The notes under the pieces were generated by a model, which was not told the DNA's origin, searched no databases, and worked only from the letters and a program-made list of their open reading frames with translations. This document shows, in pieces, positions 16,693-30,053 of a DNA stretch of 64,000 nt. Made by a program: the position numbers and the translations under genes. How positions within the stretch are numbered: the stretch's first letter is position 1; each line of letters starts with the position of its first letter. The stretch is from the NCBI GenBank assembly GCA_964016885.1, contig OZ024749.1, positions 49,042,001-49,106,000 of the forward strand. Reading direction: 5' to 3'. This DNA is from Eledone cirrhosa. Its lineage: Eukaryota.

Positions 16693-16937
16693 GTGTATAA
16701 TGAGAGCTATGGTGCTTCCATAGGTGGTATGCTAAAATTAGCACTCGATATTCAGCAGAGTAGAGTGTATATAGTATAAAGAAAACGACAAATCAGTGAT
16801 GAATCTGGACTTAATTTATTGCGTGTTACAATTGTTTCGTCGGCAGGTAGCTCGAGACATGGTCCTTCTATGGATCTGGCTGATTCTACGGCTGCAAGTT
16901 CTTTCAGACACGGGTATTTCGTTCGGATCAACTTTTA
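16690..16937 (-). mobile_element. HHR-bearing short element, family D (HHR 16822-16912)
   Basis: Minus strand: CGTGT-CTGAAAGA-long stem II-GAAA-CAATTG-TA-ACACG (5-bp stem I, 1-nt core insertion). It lies between two (TA)n tracts and is homologous to 25270-25410 and 56378-56496. Confidence 0.75.
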
Positions 16938-16941
16938 TCAC

Positions 16942-18700
<1,759 letters not shown>

Positions 18701-19418
18701 TATATATATTTATATAGAATTTTAAGTTATCAATAATGTAGTGATAATATATCGTCAAATTAGAGATGAACAGCGTACGTGTAGGTTTGCTCAACGAGTA
18801 TAAATAATATTCTGGAGAAAATGTAGAAAAGTTGAATATAAAAGGAAAGTGCTTTTATAAAGGAATGTATTAGGTATTGACATATGTTTCTGTAACAGAC
18901 GGAATACCTATGTATCGCTGCTTGCGTAATCATAAGCACGTAATCGATAGCAAATGTATAATCAGTTGTCACTTCTTCAGAGTTATTGGATAAATTGGAA
19001 AAAATCAGAAAAATCGAAGTATTTATATTAGTCGTAAGAAAGGAAGAGGAAAGGGGAAAGTATATGACAGATGGCAATTCAATTTGCTTGTAAGCAAGTG
19101 TATAGAAGGTTTTTAATGAGCATACAATGTGTATATGGCTTATTTTATCTAAATAGGAACAATGGACAGGGCTGGTGTGGTAGTATTAATACAGATTTAA
19201 GGTGTCAAGTAAGGAAGAGAGATTTTCACTGCTACTGTCTAACAACAATGCTGGTAGACCGTTGGTATAGGCATTAGGGAATTGAATTGAGAAATCTTAT
19301 TTTCTTTATAGCATTTTATATTAAATGATAAGGAATAGAAGTGTTGATAGAATTGAAATTAATAGAGATAATGTTAATATGTATTTTGACAATCAAACGG
19401 GGATGTAGACAGGCGTTC

Positions 19419-19690
19419 AATCCTGGTAGCGTTTGTAATATGAAAATGTAGATTTCAAGCGATGGTTACAATATAACGATCGCTCTATTCTGTTATTTAA
19501 TAACATGTTTTTGGATTTCATAATAGAAAACATTTCCATATTAAACAATCTACAAGATTTCTTTCCTTGGTTATACGCCGGGCGCAGCTATTTTATCCCA
19601 TTTTAGGTTAAATTGTTGGTTACTTTCGGGCAGTTGCCAAGGCTTGTCTGCGAGTCTTGTTACATAACGCTGGTTTTCATGTTTTATCGA
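19419..19690 (-). pseudogene. Penelope-like (Naiad-type) GIY-YIG endonuclease C-terminal relic
   Basis: Manual translation with one frameshift gives KHENQRYVTRLADKPWQLPESNQQFNLKWDKIAAP/AYNQGKKSCRLFNMEMFSIMKSKNMLLNNRIERSLYCNHRLKSTF. This matches the T-L..W-L..W..Y..C-L(C)..E..LLN-R-E..C-H pattern of the 55470 relic. It is 5'-truncated at (TA)n. Confidence 0.8.
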
Positions 19691-19696
19691 GTAGCG

Positions 19697-19728
<32 letters not shown>

Positions 19729-19782
19729 ATTTAAAACTTCACTATTCACAAGTGTTTTTTTAAGCTCCATATCATGTATCCC

Positions 19783-19853
19783 TATTTTATCTGATGAAAA
19801 CGCAGATATCATCCCATGATGATATTTGTTTTTGTAATGTGCATAATAAAATA
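19783..19853 (+). ncRNA. Degenerate type-I hammerhead ribozyme (GAAA to GTAA)
   Basis: TATTTTAT-CTGATGA-long stem II (cagatatcatc/gatgatatttg)-GTAA-TGTGCA-TA-ATAAAATA, with an 8-bp stem I. The flanks resemble the 6657 motif. Confidence 0.6.
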
Positions 19854-19888
19854 CTTGGAACTCTTTTAACCATATTTTGATCTTATAT

Positions 19889-19920
<32 letters not shown>

Positions 19921-19952
19921 CATGTATATACATATATATATATATATATATT

Positions 19953-20081
<129 letters not shown>

Positions 20082-20233
20082 TACAGTATTTTCCGTAGTG
20101 TTGTAATATAAATATTACACACAGTCGATGGACAGTTCACGTAGAATTTGCTCGACGGTTCCAGTTGTAGTTCCAAAAGTAATCCGGAGAAAAAGAGAAG
20201 GATTTAAATGGATACAGTTTAGTTAAAAGGAAT

Positions 20234-20325
20234 TTATTGACACGTATTTCAATAACAGTTACATAACCTGAAAACAGCTGCTATCTACAAAGTATTAGTT
20301 ATCAACTGTCATTTCATCAGAATAA
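20234..20325 (-). ncRNA. Type-I hammerhead ribozyme, long stem II
   Basis: Minus strand: TTATT-CTGATGA-aatgacagttg...taactgttatt-GAAA-TACGTG-TC-AATAA. Confidence 0.8.
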
Positions 20326-20837
20326 TTTTACTGAGGACCTGTTTGGTTTTTATAGAGAATATTAGGAGGGAGGGGTGAAGTTGTTAGAAGAATTGTTGAG
20401 GGAGTGGTTTTTTGATAGCAGTGAGAATTTTTGGTGGCAGTGAGTAATTAGATTCCCATCTGTTGTTTTGACATTTTTATAGAATATATTATTGGTTATT
20501 TTTCTAAATCTATAGAAGGATTAGAGATATTATAGATATGCATGGTTGGTTTTGTGTTTGCACTTAATTAACATTCAGACTTAAATTTTTCTTTCAAGTG
20601 TACGTATCCTTTCTCCCACGCATTCACACACAAACATATATGCACACCTCTACAAAATACATATACTCACATACACATACTTACATACATATACACATGC
20701 ACACATATATATATACATATATATATACACATATGTACATGTACATACATACGCATCCATGTGTATACTATTCATACTCAACTTATCTTTATATACACGC
20801 GTATAGACATACACATATATACATACATGCACCAGTC

Positions 20838-20876
<39 letters not shown>

Positions 20877-21229
20877 GCTTTGATATGAATACACTTACAT
20901 CCAACTATACACATCAAACATATATATATATATATATTTACTTATTTATATACATGTTCACATATATATACATACATATGGTCGCTTTTAGACACATTCA
21001 TTATACCATATTTGCACCTATTCTCATCAGCATATATTTCCATTATTAGTGTGGTAATTTAAAGTTATTAATATACATATATATGTTGAGAAGAGATGAG
21101 AATCTAATTACTCACTGCCACCAAAAATTCTCACTGCTATCAAAAATCGACTGCCTCAAAAATTCTTCTAACAACTTCACCCCTCCCTCCTAATATTCTC
21201 TATAAAAACCAAACAGGTCCTCACTAAAA

Positions 21230-21350
21230 TTATTCTGATGAAATGACGGTTGATAATAACATTGAAATATTGAATGTCTGTAAAACTAATACTTTGTAGA
21301 TAGCAGCCGTTTTCAGGTTATGTAACTGTTATTGAAACACGTGTCAATAA
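21230..21350 (+). ncRNA. Type-I hammerhead ribozyme, long stem II, GUC site
   Basis: TTATT-CTGATGA-aatgacggttg...taactgttatt-GAAA-CACGTG (palindromic stem III)-TC-AATAA. Confidence 0.85.
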
Positions 21351-21384
21351 ATTCCTTTTAACTAAACTGTATCCATTTAAATCC

Positions 21385-21750
<366 letters not shown>

Positions 21751-21753
<3 letters not shown>

Positions 21754-22188
21754 TTTTCGGTACCCCGGCCGATTAACTCACTTGATATGCAAATTACGCT
21801 GCTCAGACGTTAATATGCATAAGGAAAGTATTTACTTTCAGATGTTCAATCATATGACAGGAAGGTATACGTTGCTGACGATAGCTAATAAGCTTGAAAC
21901 TAGTACAGCGTTCATTTTTCAGTGTTGAACAAATGAGCAACGATGGTTGCTAGACACTGTACGGCTTAATTCGGGATGTTTGTTTACAAACACACCGGTA
22001 ATTATAATAAATGTTCGGTGAATCCATACGTACATATATATATATATATATATATGTGCATGTATGTATTTATATATACATACTACTGTACGTCTGTATA
22101 CATATATGTATGTACGTATATATACTTATATTTAAGTAACAGCCGAACTAAGAGTGAGAAATCAAATTTCGTTACATTTTTTCAGTTT
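21751..22188 (+). mobile_element. Monomeric HHR element, family C, about 440 bp, between (TA)n tracts
   Basis: Runs from tcgttttcggta to ttcgttacattttttcagtt. It is colinear with the units at 45820-46945 and contains the HHR at 21870-21910. Confidence 0.85.
21870..21910 (+). ncRNA. Minimal type-I hammerhead ribozyme
   Basis: CGTTG-CTGACGA-t-AGCT-aata-AGCT-t-GAAA-CTAG-TA-CAGCG, with palindromic stem III and a GUA site. Confidence 0.88.
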
Positions 22189-22196
22189 ATATATAT

Positions 22197-22302
<106 letters not shown>

Positions 22303-22318
22303 GTATATATATATATAT

Positions 22319-22450
22319 ATGAAATCGTGTGTCGAAACAAATATCGTTATACTTGGTTGAGGGTCATATTTGTGAGATAATATTGCCCGAAATAATAACA
22401 AAATACATTAACTGTTTGGTTGATTTTCGCTTCTGTATCTTTTTATACCT
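22319..22450 (-). mobile_element. Terminal fragment of family F element
   Basis: atgaaatcgtgtgtcgaaacaaatatcgttatacttggttgagggtcatatttgtg matches the ends of the 28667-28937 and 38764-39277 palindromes. It abuts (TA)n. Confidence 0.75.
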
Positions 22451-22551
22451 CCACAGTTAATTCATTTGGTCCTCAATGTTTATCATTGACTGACCATCGG
22501 TCAAAAATACAGATATAAACACATATATATAGTCTACCAAATTTCTTTCGT

Positions 22552-22658
22552 TGCACATCTGCAACATTATCAGTGGTACTATTATGTTCCTCCTGTTGCT
22601 GTGTATTTCTACAACAGGACGAACATAACAGTACCCCTGTTGATGTTGCAGATGTGCA
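22552..22658. repeat. Imperfect 47-bp-arm hairpin with 13-nt loop
   Basis: tgcacatctgcaacattatcagtggtactattatgttcctcctgttg / caacaggacgaacataacagtacccctgttgatgttgcagatgtgca. Confidence 0.85.
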
Positions 22659-23407
22659 CAAGATTCCTTTTAATATCGGCTAGTTTTTACCCTAAAATAT
22701 TTGTTCCTTGGCCAGTGTATATATCCTTACATACAACATTTAACCTGATGAGTTTTCCAATTAATATTTCGCTTACATCAGAGGAATGAGAGGACTGATA
22801 TGGTTATTTTGAATTTGAAATATTTAAAAGTAATCCAACGTTTTACAGAACATCTTGCCGTTCTGTGAATTAATACATACACAAAATAAGCTATATACAA
22901 CCTTATATTTTCATCTTTGAATTGGTTGTCCAATAGTTCATGATTCATACATTTCGAAGCACTAAACACATCCAAATATAGTATTTAAATATTGCAGAAT
23001 GACTGCAGTAAAATATTCAAAAGTCAATACTCAAGAGAGTGAACTAGCACGATTCTAATTATATCATACTAAACTAAATAAGAATAACATACGCTATGCA
23101 CATCTATTGATGTAGACATATGCCAATAAGCATAATGACACAGAACAATGACATCTACCATCTACATATTGAACTAGAGGGGTTTATTTAACAACATTTG
23201 ACACAAATGCACACACAACGTGTTTTACATTTCTATATGTGTGTGTGAAGGTTTTTTTCCTCTTCTTGTGTCCGTATACTTTTGGGCAAATTATCACAGA
23301 CTGTAATATGCTAAAGCTGCTTGTGATAACAGTCGTGAACATCATTTATAATTTATCACCATTATCCTATTATCATAGCAATAATGTTAATAATTATTAT
23401 CATTAGT

Positions 23408-23800
23408 TAATTGGTAGTATCCGTAGAGGGTCAGACGCCATGCTTTGCAGCCCATACTTATTTTCCTTTACAGTCTGGGTTCAAATCCCGTCGAGGTTAA
23501 CTCTGCGTTTCATCCTCACGGGGTCAATAAAATAAAGCACCAGTCACGCACTGGGGTCGATTTAATCGACTTTCCCCTCCCCAAAATTTGCTGGCCTTGT
23601 GCCTATATAAGAAACCATTATTAGTGGATTGTCAGTATCGGTAGATAGTCAGACGTCATGTTTTGCAGTATAGAGTTATAACCCTTTACGGTGTGCATTA
23701 CAATCTGGCCACTGTTAGATTTGCCTGTCATCCTTACGGGTTCGATAACATAAAGTACCAGTCACGTACTGGGCTAGATTTAATCAACTTTCGCCTTTTT
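23408..23800 (+). mobile_element. Two tandem S1 SINEs (long-tail variant 23408-23620; more degenerate 23624-23800)
   Basis: Both match the S1 head (tggtagtatccgtagagggtcagacgccatgc) and core (tcatcctcacggggtcaataaaataaagcaccagt). Confidence 0.85.
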
Positions 23801-23854
23801 ACAAGCAGCTGTACTTCTGCCTATAAAATACATTATATTTGTTCTTGTTGGCTT

Positions 23855-23885
<31 letters not shown>

Positions 23886-25178
23886 TAGTAGTGTTCTTGA
23901 CATAGTTAAGGGGGCTCGATGTGAAATATCGGTCGAGCGTCTGATAAATGCTTCTCTTTATTTGTTAATTCTTTCCACTCTGTGTTCACATACCACCGAA
24001 ATCAACTTTGCCATCCATCTTCTCGTGTTCAATAACAAACACCAGCCAAGAACTAGAGTCAGTATAATGTAATTTCCTTTATCCCAGAATCTCTAGCATT
24101 TTGCCAACATTAGAAACCAACAAGTATGTCGGATTTCCCGAATAGTGATATCTTCGGACAACATGCTTTGCAGCATATAATATGAATATGTATATATGAC
24201 TGTTGGTTTGTAAGAGATAGAGGGTGAAAGGGGGAATTTTGTACATTTGAATATACGTTTGAAATAATACGATATTTGTTGGTTTGAAATTGTGTTTCAC
24301 AGTAACTTTTATCTATGTATGAAATTATTTACGTGAAATAGAAATTATATGGTGTATAAATATGTATATTTATTTCTAACTGCCAACTATATAGTGGCGT
24401 TTATATATACAGCCTCGAGATAAAATTTATTCAATACAAGTAAAGCATGAGTGGATACATCATACGATGCAGAGAAAAACAGAGAGAAAGAGCGTTAGTG
24501 AGAATGACAATCAGAAACTCTAATAGAAAATGCGTAGCTTACGGTTATAATGGAAAATCATCATTAATATACGAATGTAAAGTTACTGCAGTTTGATATC
24601 TTTCTCATACTTAATTTCTTAGTTATAACTCTAGATTTAGCAACGAGAAAATGCACCTTAAGCTTTAGGCCCTGACAGGAATCTTTAAATAAATTGTATT
24701 ATATTATTATAAAGTCCATCCCACAATATCCTCCTGAGTTTAGTTAATAACATTAGTAAGTGCGTCTCCAAATGCTCCTCTAGGTTGAATTCATTTACGC
24801 TTGCTGCTCATTATTTCAACGAGACATTAAAGCAAGGAGGCTGCATTGCATACAGAACAATTCTAATATTCATAAACACAAAATGAACTAATGTGTCGAA
24901 TAATTTAAATATTTGTTCTGTTACCCGCTTTTCTGAAATCTCATAAATAACCATTACACCAGAGACGCTAGATATCATCAGATATTTAAGTAGTATTTAA
25001 GATACATTTACAGTTAAATATTTTCTGTTCCCTTGGCCAGTATGAACAGAAAACCTGCTAGTATGGCATACATTCATAGACGTACTTACACCCACATAAA
25101 ATCTCACACAGAAACATACACATACAGTAAGGTTTCACGTTATGCCGATCCTCAACTGACGATCCGCATAAGTGAAAC

Positions 25179-25269
<91 letters not shown>

Positions 25270-25271
<2 letters not shown>

Positions 25272-26397
25272 TCAATTTATATACTCAATTTATTGTGTAT
25301 TACAATTGTTTCGCCGGCAGACAGCTTGAGGCACGATCATTTGTATGGATCTGTCTAATACCAGAACTGCAGGTTCTTCGGACACTGGCAATACTTTCTG
25401 AACAAATTTTCTCACTGGGGTGTTAGCTTCAAAAAACATCTTCCTCGCTTGTCCTTCTGTTGGCTGTTGTTTTTCTACGTCATCATAAATCCTGGTCAAT
25501 AGTTGCTGCCTCACTGTCCATCAGCTACTCTCCGTCCGACACACTTCAATGAATTCATGTTGGGTTTGGTATTTCACAAGTCTACTCACATACATATACA
25601 GTTCACCTTAATGACACAGGATCGACAGTAAGACGGAGGAAGGCACATATGAGAGCTAGAACACCCAGTACACGTAGGCATGGGCCCGGCACTCACACTA
25701 CATGCATTGCCGTAACTGGGACTAGGGACAGGATAACGACAAGTACGGCCGTGTCACCCGCCAGAGTGAACACCCGGCCTGGTAGTAATGGTATAGCCCC
25801 GACAGCAGCACAACATAGATTTAAAGTGACTAACAGTAGAGCCAACAATTTATAACGGAATACCTTAGTAAGCGAAAGGCCTGACCATGACGCCCACAGC
25901 AGGCATACAAATAGAGACAACACTGGAGACGTAATTATAGGCGATCAACCTGAAATCGGAGATTATCATGACCTGCAGACAGCATAGAAGGTTCACACTC
26001 TCCGCATGGAATTATGCGGGGAATCTCCGCATGGAATCTCCGCATGGAATCCGCATGGAATCATCGAGGGCATGCGGCGGAGCACGCGTCGACCTGTGCG
26101 ACGAAACTGGTTCAAGGGATCATACACCATACACTGATGACAATATATGTCCCGTGTGGTAAACCAAAAAAACCCATGATCCATACCCGACTCTGCACGG
26201 CACCCTAGGCAAGAACATCGCCTGAGCCTGGACATGATGACCCGGAATCCACGGTTGCTCAGTCAAATACCTTACACCTATAGGGCGACACACCTCAACC
26301 ACAATGAGCTACCCCAATATAACCGGGCTACGCGCCCCCATGCATGTGTAAAATCTGTTCCGAAACTATTGCCAGTCTCCGAAGAACCTGCAGTTAT
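25270..26397. mobile_element. Family D element: HHR on minus (25297-25385), inverted partial copy at 26350-26397, GC-richer interior
   Basis: Minus strand: GTGT-CCGAAGA-long stem II-GAAA-CAATTG-TA-ATAC. aaatctgttccgaaactattgccagtctccgaagaacctgcagtt is the reverse complement of 25365-25410. The interior has (CCGCATGGAATCT)-type tandem units at 26001-26062. Confidence 0.7.
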
Positions 26398-26427
26398 TGT
26401 TGACAATCCTTTTACATGAGTCTACTG

Positions 26428-26545
26428 GTGCAACGTGTAATGAAATTATTTTCTCAAGTACACAACACAGAACGCACTCTAGGAATCGAACTTCTGATAT
26501 TATGATCCTATATCAAACACCCTAACCTCTAGGCCACACACCTCT
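26428..26545 (-). mobile_element. Degenerate tRNA-derived SINE (family S2)
   Basis: gcaacgtgtaatgaaattattttctcaagtacacaac...aggaatcgaac...ccctaacctctaggccaca resembles the 28540-28642 copy. Confidence 0.55.
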
Positions 26546-27041
26546 GGTTGTGTATAGATGGAAAACATACAAATATCATGAAATGGTGAATTGATAATTA
26601 TATTTATTTTCAACAATTATTATCATAAATATTTTTCTTCCAACTTGTTTTTCGTTGCCGTACGATATGATAAATTATAGACAATAATGAGAATATTAGT
26701 TTCTTCTTTTCTTCATAATTGCATTAGAAACAGTGGAAGAATGTATATCAGTAACATTTTCGCGGTTTTTCTAACAGTGGATTGATTCTAGTCCCATTCA
26801 ATATGCAAACAGGAATAAACATGTAAGATTGCTTGCCTTGTATTCCTTCACATATTCCTGGCTATTTTGTTATGCAAAACTTCATAGGATTCATCGAAAC
26901 ATCTTTAATTTTTTGAAAATATATCAATTTAAAAGATAACAAAATCAATTTAACTAGTTTTCTAGATATTAAATATCGCTCGGAAATATTCAGATGTTAT
27001 TTAGTAACATATAAGTATATAAAATTATGTAAATACATACA

Positions 27042-27227
27042 GGGCGGTGGATTGGCAGTATTGGGAGAGGGTCGGACGCGATGCTTTGACGTATAGAGTT
27101 ACGGCCCTTGTCATTCTGAGTTCAAATCCCGCCGAGGTTAACTTTGCCTTTCATCCTTACGGGGTCGATAAAATAAAGTATCAGTAATGCACTTGGTAAT
27201 TGCTGGCCTTGTGCCTAACGTAGAAAC
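27042..27227 (+). mobile_element. Full-length SINE S1 with 19-bp TSD
   Basis: AATTATGTAAATACATACA at 27023-27041 and 27228-27246. B-box-like gagttcaaatccc is present. A roughly 95-bp tandem duplication follows (27232-27415). Confidence 0.93.
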
Positions 27228-28333
27228 AATTATGTAAATACATACAAATAAAATAAAACTTCACGTGTCAAATGAGTACAACTACATAAATATTTATATT
27301 AACACCAAATATCAATACATAAATTGTATGTAAATACATACAAATAAGATAGAACCTCACGTGCCAAATGAGTACAACTACATAAATATTTATATTAACA
27401 CAAAATACCAATACATTCTCCTTCAAACTCCATTAATCGAAGCTGTACAAAGCAGTCAAAATGATACCAAAATAACATTCACAAAATATAATCATTAACT
27501 TAGCTTTCGAAAGAGTATATTTACTCTGACATCGTAAACGGTTTTAAATTGCTGACCATCATGAAAGGTGTGGAATTTAAGAAACCGTAGTAAAACCGAA
27601 TAGCCGTTCACCTCAATTGTGAACCACATAATGGTGTTGTATCGTATTCATATGAAGATGTTTATGGGAGTCGATATTCATATCAAACGAAGCAGCACAG
27701 AAGTTATGATCAATGACATTTAATGTATATTTTCTGAATTAATTGACATAAAGTATACAATTTACTTATAATAGACATCGTTTAAAATTAACATTTACTG
27801 ATGAGAAATTTAAAATAATTTCTTGGTTTGGAAATCAAGATTACACAAAAGGTAAATAACTTCAACAACAATATTTCAATATGCTTAAAAATATCACTAC
27901 TAATAAGAAACAATATTAGCTGATAAGAACAACAATGAATACACAGACTCATCGTCTAAATTTAAGCCTTGCACTAAAACAATTTCAATACACTTTCAAA
28001 CAATGGCAGCACAATATCCTTAGCTATTACAACGTAATATATAATCCACAACATTATGGTTTCTGAAAATAATGATTATTTCCTATCAAAGCGTCTCTAA
28101 GAAATCTCAATTTATGTGTGTCTTTATCCAAAATGTTTCGTAATTAAGGAGTTTTTTTTTTTCTAGAAAACTTCGTATTAATTGAAGTCAGACGAGAGAG
28201 GACGAAGGGAGAAGTAAAATAGCTAAATTATGGAATATTCTGGAATGCAATTTAGAAATGTACTGGCATCTCACCTTAGAATAATATATACGAGAATATA
28301 GCATGGTTGCTTCAATATTGATTCCATATATAT

Positions 28334-28432
28334 AAGCAGAGGAACTGCGAAACCGGTAAAGGACCCAAATAAATATATATTTAAAAAAAACAAAGACTCC
28401 AGATGCATTTTCGATTTCATCTTTTCTCCTTA
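28334..28432 (+). mobile_element. 3' fragment of family E (HHR truncated within the core)
   Basis: aagcagaggaactgcgaaaccggtaaagga...gactccagatgcattttcgatttcatctttt matches 29784-29878. It is TA-flanked on both sides. Confidence 0.75.
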
Positions 28433-28439
28433 TATATAT

Positions 28440-28642
28440 ATGATGGACGATCGACTTTCGTCAAATCGGACCGAGGGAACAATGTTTCCGTTGGTCTTTC
28501 CAATTGCTAATACTATCTATCGGTCGCAACTCCAGGTAGAAGGAGCAACGTGAAATAAAGTGTCTTGCTCAAGGACATAACGCATCGCCTGGTCCAGGAA
28601 TCGAACTCACAACCTTACGATCGTGAATCCAATTCTCTAACC
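28440..28642 (-). mobile_element. tRNA-derived SINE family S2
   Basis: Minus strand reads gtgaaggcgtgtggcggagtggttagag (A box)...gagttcgattcctgg (B box)...gtccttgagcaagacacttt, a CORE/V-SINE-like central motif. Confidence 0.8.
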
Positions 28643-28666
28643 ACTCCGCCACACGCCTTCACATAT

Positions 28667-28937
28667 ATATTGTTATACTTGGGGAGGGTCATATTTGTGT
28701 AATATTGCCAGAATTAATAACAGAACACACTCACTGTTTGGTTGGTTTTCGCTTTTCGCTTCTGTGTCTTTTATATCGGTATTCAAATGTATGCGGTCCT
28801 TACCGATATAAAAGACACAGAAGCGAAAAGCGAAAACCAACCAAACAGTGGTGTGTTCTGTTATTAATTCTGGCAATATTACACAAATATGACCCTCCCC
28901 AAGTATAACAATATTTGTTTCGACACACGATTTCATA
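28667..28937. mobile_element. Fold-back element, family F: about 114-bp arms, 19-nt loop (28782-28800)
   Basis: atattgttatacttggggagggtcat...tatatcggta / taccgatata...atgaccctccccaagtataacaatat is near perfect. The right arm extends about 23 bp further. Confidence 0.9.
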
Positions 28938-28991
28938 TAAAAAACCTCGCAAAACTAATTCATCGCCGTTATATAAATATATATATATATA

Positions 28992-29878
28992 AGGAAACAA
29001 GATGAAATCGAAAATACATCTGGAGTCTTTGTTTTTTTAAATATATATTTATGTGGTTCCTTTACCGGTGGTTTCGCAGTTCCTCTGCTTTTCAAAAGTA
29101 GAATTGAGATGGAGGGCCTGTGGTTCTTCTCGCATCTGGTTGGTCTTTGAATGTTACTTCTGTTTTATATGGAAAAAAGTGGCTCGAAATGCTAGTTCTT
29201 TTAGATAAGTAATTTGATTGGTTGGTGAATAAGTATAATAAATTTCACGCCAGTTCGCGTCACAATGTTCTTCGAAAAAGAGTCAAAGAGTGGGGTGTTG
29301 GCTCAGGTGTTTTTTATATGAGTGAAGTTTGGATGGTTGACCATTATCATTTGTTTGGCACAACATTCTCGAAATGGCTATACAGAAACTCCAAAATACA
29401 GGCGCGAATTTTAATGTGACAGCAATAATTTCATTTATAAACAATCAAATTACATTAATAAAAAAGAAAAGCCTTCGTGAGCCACCTTTTGTTTAAGTAA
29501 AAAGAAATTCAAACTGGCTCAAAAGGTGATGTGCTTATTCACGTGACTGCATCAACCAACCAAACTTCAATCAAATATGAAAAAACAACCTGACCCCCCT
29601 TCCTCCCCTTTGTAACGCGAACCGGCGCCAAATGTATTATACTTATTCACCAACCAACCAAATTACTTCTCTAAAACCTGGCATTTCGAGTCACTTTTTT
29701 CCATATAAAACAGAAGTAACATTCAAAGACCAACCAGATGTAAGAAAAACCACAGCCCCCTCCATCTCAATTCTACTTTTGAAAAGCAGAAGAACTGCGA
29801 AACCGGTAAAGGAAACAAATAAATATATACTTTAAAAAATAAGACTCCAGTGACATTTTCGATTTCATCTTTTTTCCA
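28992..29878. mobile_element. Fold-back element, family E: diverged inverted arms about 28992-29340 and 29552-29878
   Basis: The arms are reverse complements (e.g. gaattgagatggaggg / ccctccatctcaattc). Each carries a U3-A8 HHR (29060-29098 minus, 29776-29811 plus). Confidence 0.85.
29776..29811 (+). ncRNA. Minimal hammerhead ribozyme, U3-A8 core variant
   Basis: CTT-TTGAAAA-GCAG-aagaa-CTGC-GAAA-CCGG-TA-AAG. The C3-G8 pair is replaced by U3-A8, and the same core is present in the mirrored arm. Confidence 0.75.
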
Positions 29879-29949
29879 TATACTTTCACTAGTGTAGGAC
29901 ACCTCGGTTATTTTTCATTTTGTAAAAAAACCCTCACTTTCTAATATAA

Positions 29950-29995
<46 letters not shown>

Positions 29996-30009
29996 ATGTG
30001 TGTGTGTGT

Positions 30010-30053
<44 letters not shown>

